Assembly: GCA_041166365.1 (NCBI GenBank) | Contig: JBEEFX010000313.1 | Coordinates: 1 to 45,670 of the forward strand | Origin: Acidimicrobiaceae bacterium | GTDB lineage: Bacteria > Actinomycetota > Acidimicrobiia > Acidimicrobiales > JACDCH01 | DNA: 45,670 nucleotides | Direction: 5' to 3' | In this document: positions 42,380-45,670 of the stretch, piece by piece | Layout: the number at the start of each line of letters is the position of its first letter | Position numbering within the stretch: the stretch's first letter is position 1 | Notes under the pieces: model-generated | Databases searched by the model: none | What the model was told of the DNA's origin: nothing | What the model saw: only the letters and a program-made list of their open reading frames with translations | Program-made: the position numbers and the translations under genes

Positions 42380-42942
42380 CCAGCGTGGAGGCCGCCACTG
42401 CTGCGTTCCTGAAGCGAGCCGAGCAGGAGGGACTGATCGACGTCGCCTACTCGACCGTGGAGACACCCGTCGGACCGATCGGCGTCGCCATCACCGACGC
42501 CGGCCTCGTGAAGGTCGCATTGCAGCCGGGCGAAGAGAATTTTCTCGAAGAGCTGTCGGCCAACGTGTCGCCCCGCATCCTCGAGCAACCGGCGAAGCTC
42601 GACGACGTCCGCCGTCAGCTCGACGAGTACTTCAACGGACGCCGCACCACGTTCAGCCTGCAGATCGACTGGCAGCTCTCGCGCGGCTTCCGGCAGATGG
42701 TGCTGAAGACGTTGTTCTCGCAGGTGCCGTTCGGCGAGGTCGTCAGCTATGGCGAGCTCGCCTCACGGGTCGGTCATCCGAAGGCCAGCCGCGCGGTCGG
42801 CACGGCGATGGCGACGAACCCCGTTCCGATCGTCGTCCCGTGTCACCGCGTGCTGCGATCGGGCGGTTCGATCGGCAACTACGGCGGCGGTGTGGAGATG
42901 AAGCGTCAGCTGCTCACCCACGAGGGCTCCCTGCTCACCTAA
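42376..42942 (+). CDS. ogt: methylated-DNA-protein-cysteine methyltransferase (Ogt/MGMT)
   Basis: Active site IVVPCHRVL, YGELA...G.P.A.RAVG.A...NP and GG...K..LL.HEG. ATG 42376 overlaps the sigma factor stop (ATGA). Confidence 0.88.
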   Translation: MTSVEAATAAFLKRAEQEGLIDVAYSTVETPVGPIGVAITDAGLVKVALQPGEENFLEELSANVSPRILEQPAKLDDVRRQLDEYFNGRRTTFSLQIDWQLSRGFRQMVLKTLFSQVPFGEVVSYGELASRVGHPKASRAVGTAMATNPVPIVVPCHRVLRSGGSIGNYGGGVEMKRQLLTHEGSLLT

Positions 42943-42947
42943 TGCCC

Positions 42948-42995
42948 AAATCCCACTCAGGTGTCTACAGATTCGTAGACGCGTGAGTGGGATTT
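42948..42995. terminator. AT-flanked bidirectional hairpin terminator between convergent ogt and fabF
   Basis: AAATCCCACTCA ... TGAGTGGGATTT form a 12-bp outer stem. An 8-pair inner helix (GTGTCTAC / GTAGACGC, including one G-U pair) follows after one G/G mismatch, with a 6-nt loop. An A-tract lies 5' and a T-tract 3' on both strands. Confidence 0.7.
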
Positions 42996-42997
42996 CG

Positions 42998-44185
42998 CTA
43001 AGCGGGCGGGCCGAGGATCAGGCAGCCGTTGTGACCGCCGAAGCCGAAGCTGTTGGACAGGCTCGGGCCGGGTGTCCACGAGCGAGGCTCGTGCAGCACG
43101 AGGTCGATCGGCGGCAGCGCGGGGTCGACGGCTTTCGTGCCGTCGGTCGGCGGGATGAGGCCGTTCGCCATCGACAGCACGACGGCGGCGGCCTCGAGCG
43201 CGCCGGCAGCACCCAGCGCGTGACCCGTCACACCCTTGGTCGACGTGACGATGGGCCCCGGCGTCCCGAAGAGCTTGGCGATCGCTTCCGCTTCGGCGGC
43301 GTCGTTGAGCGGCGTCGACGTCCCGTGCGCGTTGATGTGCACGATGTCGGCGGGGGAGAGGCCCGCGTCGGCGAGCGCTTGCTCCATGCAGGCGATCGCG
43401 CCTGCGCCGCCCGGTGACGGTGCGGTGATGTGGTGGGCGTCGGCGTTCGACGCCGCGCCGAGCACCTCGGCGAGGATCGTCGCGCCGCGCGCGTGCGCGG
43501 CGGACCACTCCTCGAGCACGAGCACCGCAGCGCCCTCGCTCATCACGAAGCCGTCGCGTTCGGCGTCGAAGGGCCGAGACACGCCGGCGTTCGAGAGCGC
43601 GGTCATGTTGCGGAAGCCGGCCATTCCCGTGATGGTCATCGCCGCTTCGCTGCCGCCCGTGAGTGCGGCGTCGCACCGTCCGTACGCGATGAGACGAGCG
43701 GCGTTGCCGATCGCGTGCGTGGCCGCGGAGCAGGCGGTGACCGTGGTTTCGCACGGTCCCTGCCACCCGTAACGCATCGAGACCGCGGCTGACGCGGCGT
43801 TCGACATCATCATCGGAACCAGGAACGGCGACACGCGCCGTTCGCCCTTCTCGTGACGGGCGATGATCTGCGTCTCGAGCGTCTCGAGACCACCGACACC
43901 GGTGCCGAACAACACGCCACCGCGGGCAGGGTCGACCCCGACGTCGCCCGCTTGCTCGAGCGCCTCGGCCGCCGCGGCCAGAGCGATCTGCGCGAAGCGG
44001 TCGGTGCGTTTCGCTTCCTTGGGGTTCTCGAAGAACTTCTCGGGTTCGAAGCCCGTCAGGCGCCGTTCCTCGGTGGGCTGCGGCGCGAGGAGGCCGGCCC
44101 AGAACGCGTCGCGCCCGATACCACAGGCGGCGAGCACGCCGACGCCCGTGACCGCGACCCGTCTGGCCTCGACCGCCGGCTTCAC
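42998..44185 (-). CDS. fabF: beta-ketoacyl-ACP synthase II
   Basis: VAVTGVG, TACSAATHAIG (Cys), NAHGTSTPLND, GHALGAAG and NSFGFGGHN. GGAG SD upstream of GTG 44185. Confidence 0.92.
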   Translation of the reverse strand: MKPAVEARRVAVTGVGVLAACGIGRDAFWAGLLAPQPTEERRLTGFEPEKFFENPKEAKRTDRFAQIALAAAAEALEQAGDVGVDPARGGVLFGTGVGGLETLETQIIARHEKGERRVSPFLVPMMMSNAASAAVSMRYGWQGPCETTVTACSAATHAIGNAARLIAYGRCDAALTGGSEAAMTITGMAGFRNMTALSNAGVSRPFDAERDGFVMSEGAAVLVLEEWSAAHARGATILAEVLGAASNADAHHITAPSPGGAGAIACMEQALADAGLSPADIVHINAHGTSTPLNDAAEAEAIAKLFGTPGPIVTSTKGVTGHALGAAGALEAAAVVLSMANGLIPPTDGTKAVDPALPPIDLVLHEPRSWTPGPSLSNSFGFGGHNGCLILGPPA

Positions 44186-44198
44186 GAGGACGACTCCA

Positions 44199-44435
44199 TC
44201 ACAGCTTCGACTTGATGAGCTCGAATGCCTGGCCGACGGCCGTGATGCCCTCGAGCTCCTCCTCGTCCACCGTGATGTCGAACTCCTCCTCGAGGTCCAT
44301 GACCATCTGGACGAGATCGAGGCTGTCGGCGTCGAGGTCGTCCGCGAAGTTCGCCTCGAGCGTGATCGCGTCGATCGGCTTGCTCAGGCTGTCGGCTGCC
44401 GTCTTGCGGAAGCGCTCGAACAGCTCGTCACTCAT
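44199..44435 (-). CDS. acpP: acyl carrier protein
   Basis: DLDADSLDLVQMVMDLEEEF (DSLD phosphopantetheine site), 78 aa. Strong AAGGAGAA SD. Confidence 0.93.
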   Translation of the reverse strand: MSDELFERFRKTAADSLSKPIDAITLEANFADDLDADSLDLVQMVMDLEEEFDITVDEEELEGITAVGQAFELIKSKL

Positions 44436-44462
44436 CGTTGTGGTTCTCCTTGTAGGTGGGAC

Positions 44463-45191
44463 TCAGTTGCCCATGGCGAGCCCGCCGTCGACCGGGAGGA
44501 TGGCCCCCGTGATGAAGGCGGCTTCGGCGGAAGCCAGGAAGCGTACGGCGGCGGCGACCTCTGCGGAAGTTCCGAAGCGGCCCACGGGCACGGACGTGGC
44601 CACCCGATCACGCCAGTCGTCGCCGAGCGTGCTGGTCATGTCGGTTTCGATGGGCCCGGGCGTCACGACGTTGGCGGTGATCCCGCGGCTGCCGTACTCA
44701 CGGGCGATCGAGCGGGCGAAGCCGATCAGCCCGGCCTTCGTCGCGGCGTAGTTGGTCTGGCCCGGCGAGCCCATGTACGCGCCGACCGACGACACGAAGA
44801 CGAGCCGTCCCCACCGGGCCTTCATCATCGGGCCGATGGCGCGGCGAGCCACGTGGAAGGCGCCGGTGAGGTTGGCGTCGAGCACGTCGTGCCAGTCCTG
44901 GTCGCTCATGCGAGCCAGCAAGGTGTCACGCGTGATGCCGGCGTTGGACACCACCACCTGTACCTTGCCCAGCTCGGCTTCGATCTTGCCGAAGGTGTCG
45001 TTGACCGCGGCCGAGTCGGCGACGTCGCACGCGAAGCACGGGAACTCGTCGGTGGCGGTCGAGCGCGACAGGACCGCCACGCGGTCGCCGGCGGCCGCAA
45101 ACGCGCGTGCACAGGCCAGGCCGATCCCGCGTGTGCCGCCGGTGACCAACACCGTTCTCGGTTCGGCGGGCGCCTCGCTCACCGCGACCAC
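44463..45191 (-). CDS. fabG: 3-oxoacyl-ACP reductase (SDR)
   Basis: VLVTGGTRGIGLA, NAGI, YAATKAG (YxxxK) and PGPIETDM. GTG 45191, or GTG 45182 which forms a GTGA overlap with the fabH stop. Confidence 0.88.
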   Translation of the reverse strand: MVAVSEAPAEPRTVLVTGGTRGIGLACARAFAAAGDRVAVLSRSTATDEFPCFACDVADSAAVNDTFGKIEAELGKVQVVVSNAGITRDTLLARMSDQDWHDVLDANLTGAFHVARRAIGPMMKARWGRLVFVSSVGAYMGSPGQTNYAATKAGLIGFARSIAREYGSRGITANVVTPGPIETDMTSTLGDDWRDRVATSVPVGRFGTSAEVAAAVRFLASAEAAFITGAILPVDGGLAMGN

Positions 45192-45670
45192 CGCACGATG
45201 GCGCTGGACCAGGTCATGCCTGCGCCGAATCCGACCATGAGGACGAGGTCACCTGGCTTCAGCCGTCCGTTGGCGGCCGCGTCGTCGAGCGCGATGGGGA
45301 TCGACGCGGCGGACGTGTTGCCGGTTCGGTCGAGAACGACAGCGGTGCGGTCCATGGAGAACCCGAGCTTGGCATTCACGGACTCGATGATGCGGATGTT
45401 CGCCTGGTGGGGCACGAAGAGCGCGATGTCGTCCGCCGTGACCCCGGCCCGCTCCATCGTGCGACGAGCCGAGTCGATCACCACGCGGACGGCCCGGCGG
45501 AAGACCTCCTTGCCCTCCATGCGCATGAAACCGCCGATCTCGGCATCGAGGATCGAACGCAACGAGCCATCGCTGCCGAGATCCCATCCGAGGAGTGACG
45601 GTTCGCCTTCGGTGGCTTCGAGCACGACCGCGCCGGCACCGTCGCCGAACAGGACAGCGGTGGTGCGTTC
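45179..45670 (-). CDS. fabH: 3-oxoacyl-ACP synthase III, C-terminal part (5' end outside window)
   Basis: FGDGAGAVVLE, FVPHQANIRI, GNTSAASIP and GFGAGMTW. The frame is open to the window edge. Confidence 0.9.
   Translation of the reverse strand, partial: ERTTAVLFGDGAGAVVLEATEGEPSLLGWDLGSDGSLRSILDAEIGGFMRMEGKEVFRRAVRVVIDSARRTMERAGVTADDIALFVPHQANIRIIESVNAKLGFSMDRTAVVLDRTGNTSAASIPIALDDAAANGRLKPGDLVLMVGFGAGMTWSSAIVRWSR

Overview
Very GC-rich, extremely gene-dense chromosomal core segment of an actinobacterium. Pointers to that lineage are a mycothiol synthase, an HU protein with a Lys/Ala tail, an LAXTG sorting signal and Mycobacterium-like his-trp synteny. I call 57 CDS and see no rRNA, tRNA, CRISPR array or IS/transposase. 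Left to right: a classical menaquinone locus (menE, menB, menA, menH, menD, menF, menG) interrupted by hupB; an M50 protease; a lipid/peptidase group (acyl-CoA synthetase, Tap-like lipoprotein peptidase, thioesterase, MaoC dehydratase); rlmN, a VIT transporter, mshD and nth; a his operon (hisDCBHAF, hisI) fused to trpE and trpCFBA, with non-pathway insertions; a secreted/redox group (DsbA-like, Tat/LAXTG phosphoesterase, two Bcp, trHbO, VOC, DinB-like); a TOPRIM-only protein; a Zn-ribbon adenylate cyclase; a GT-C glycosyltransferase; an ECF sigma factor coupled to ogt; and fabH-fabG-acpP-fabF. The window is mostly housekeeping and I do not see a clear multi-gene novel system or defence island. 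The observations most worth follow-up are these. (1) A recurrent symmetric -10 core (A-N3-TA-N3-T) sits 6-8 nt from start codons on both strands, implying pervasive bidirectional leaderless transcription. (2) A GroES paralog inside the his operon ends in GLYL, resembling the GQYL proteasome-docking motif. (3) An ECF sigma factor is translationally coupled to the suicide repair protein Ogt in the slot where an anti-sigma factor usually sits. (4) A Cys-rich HIT-like mini-protein is coupled to trpA and followed by a 240-bp repeat- and hairpin-rich spacer. (5) An orphan OLD-type TOPRIM domain protein lacks any ATPase partner. All functional calls rest on motif recognition by eye. No database search was run.
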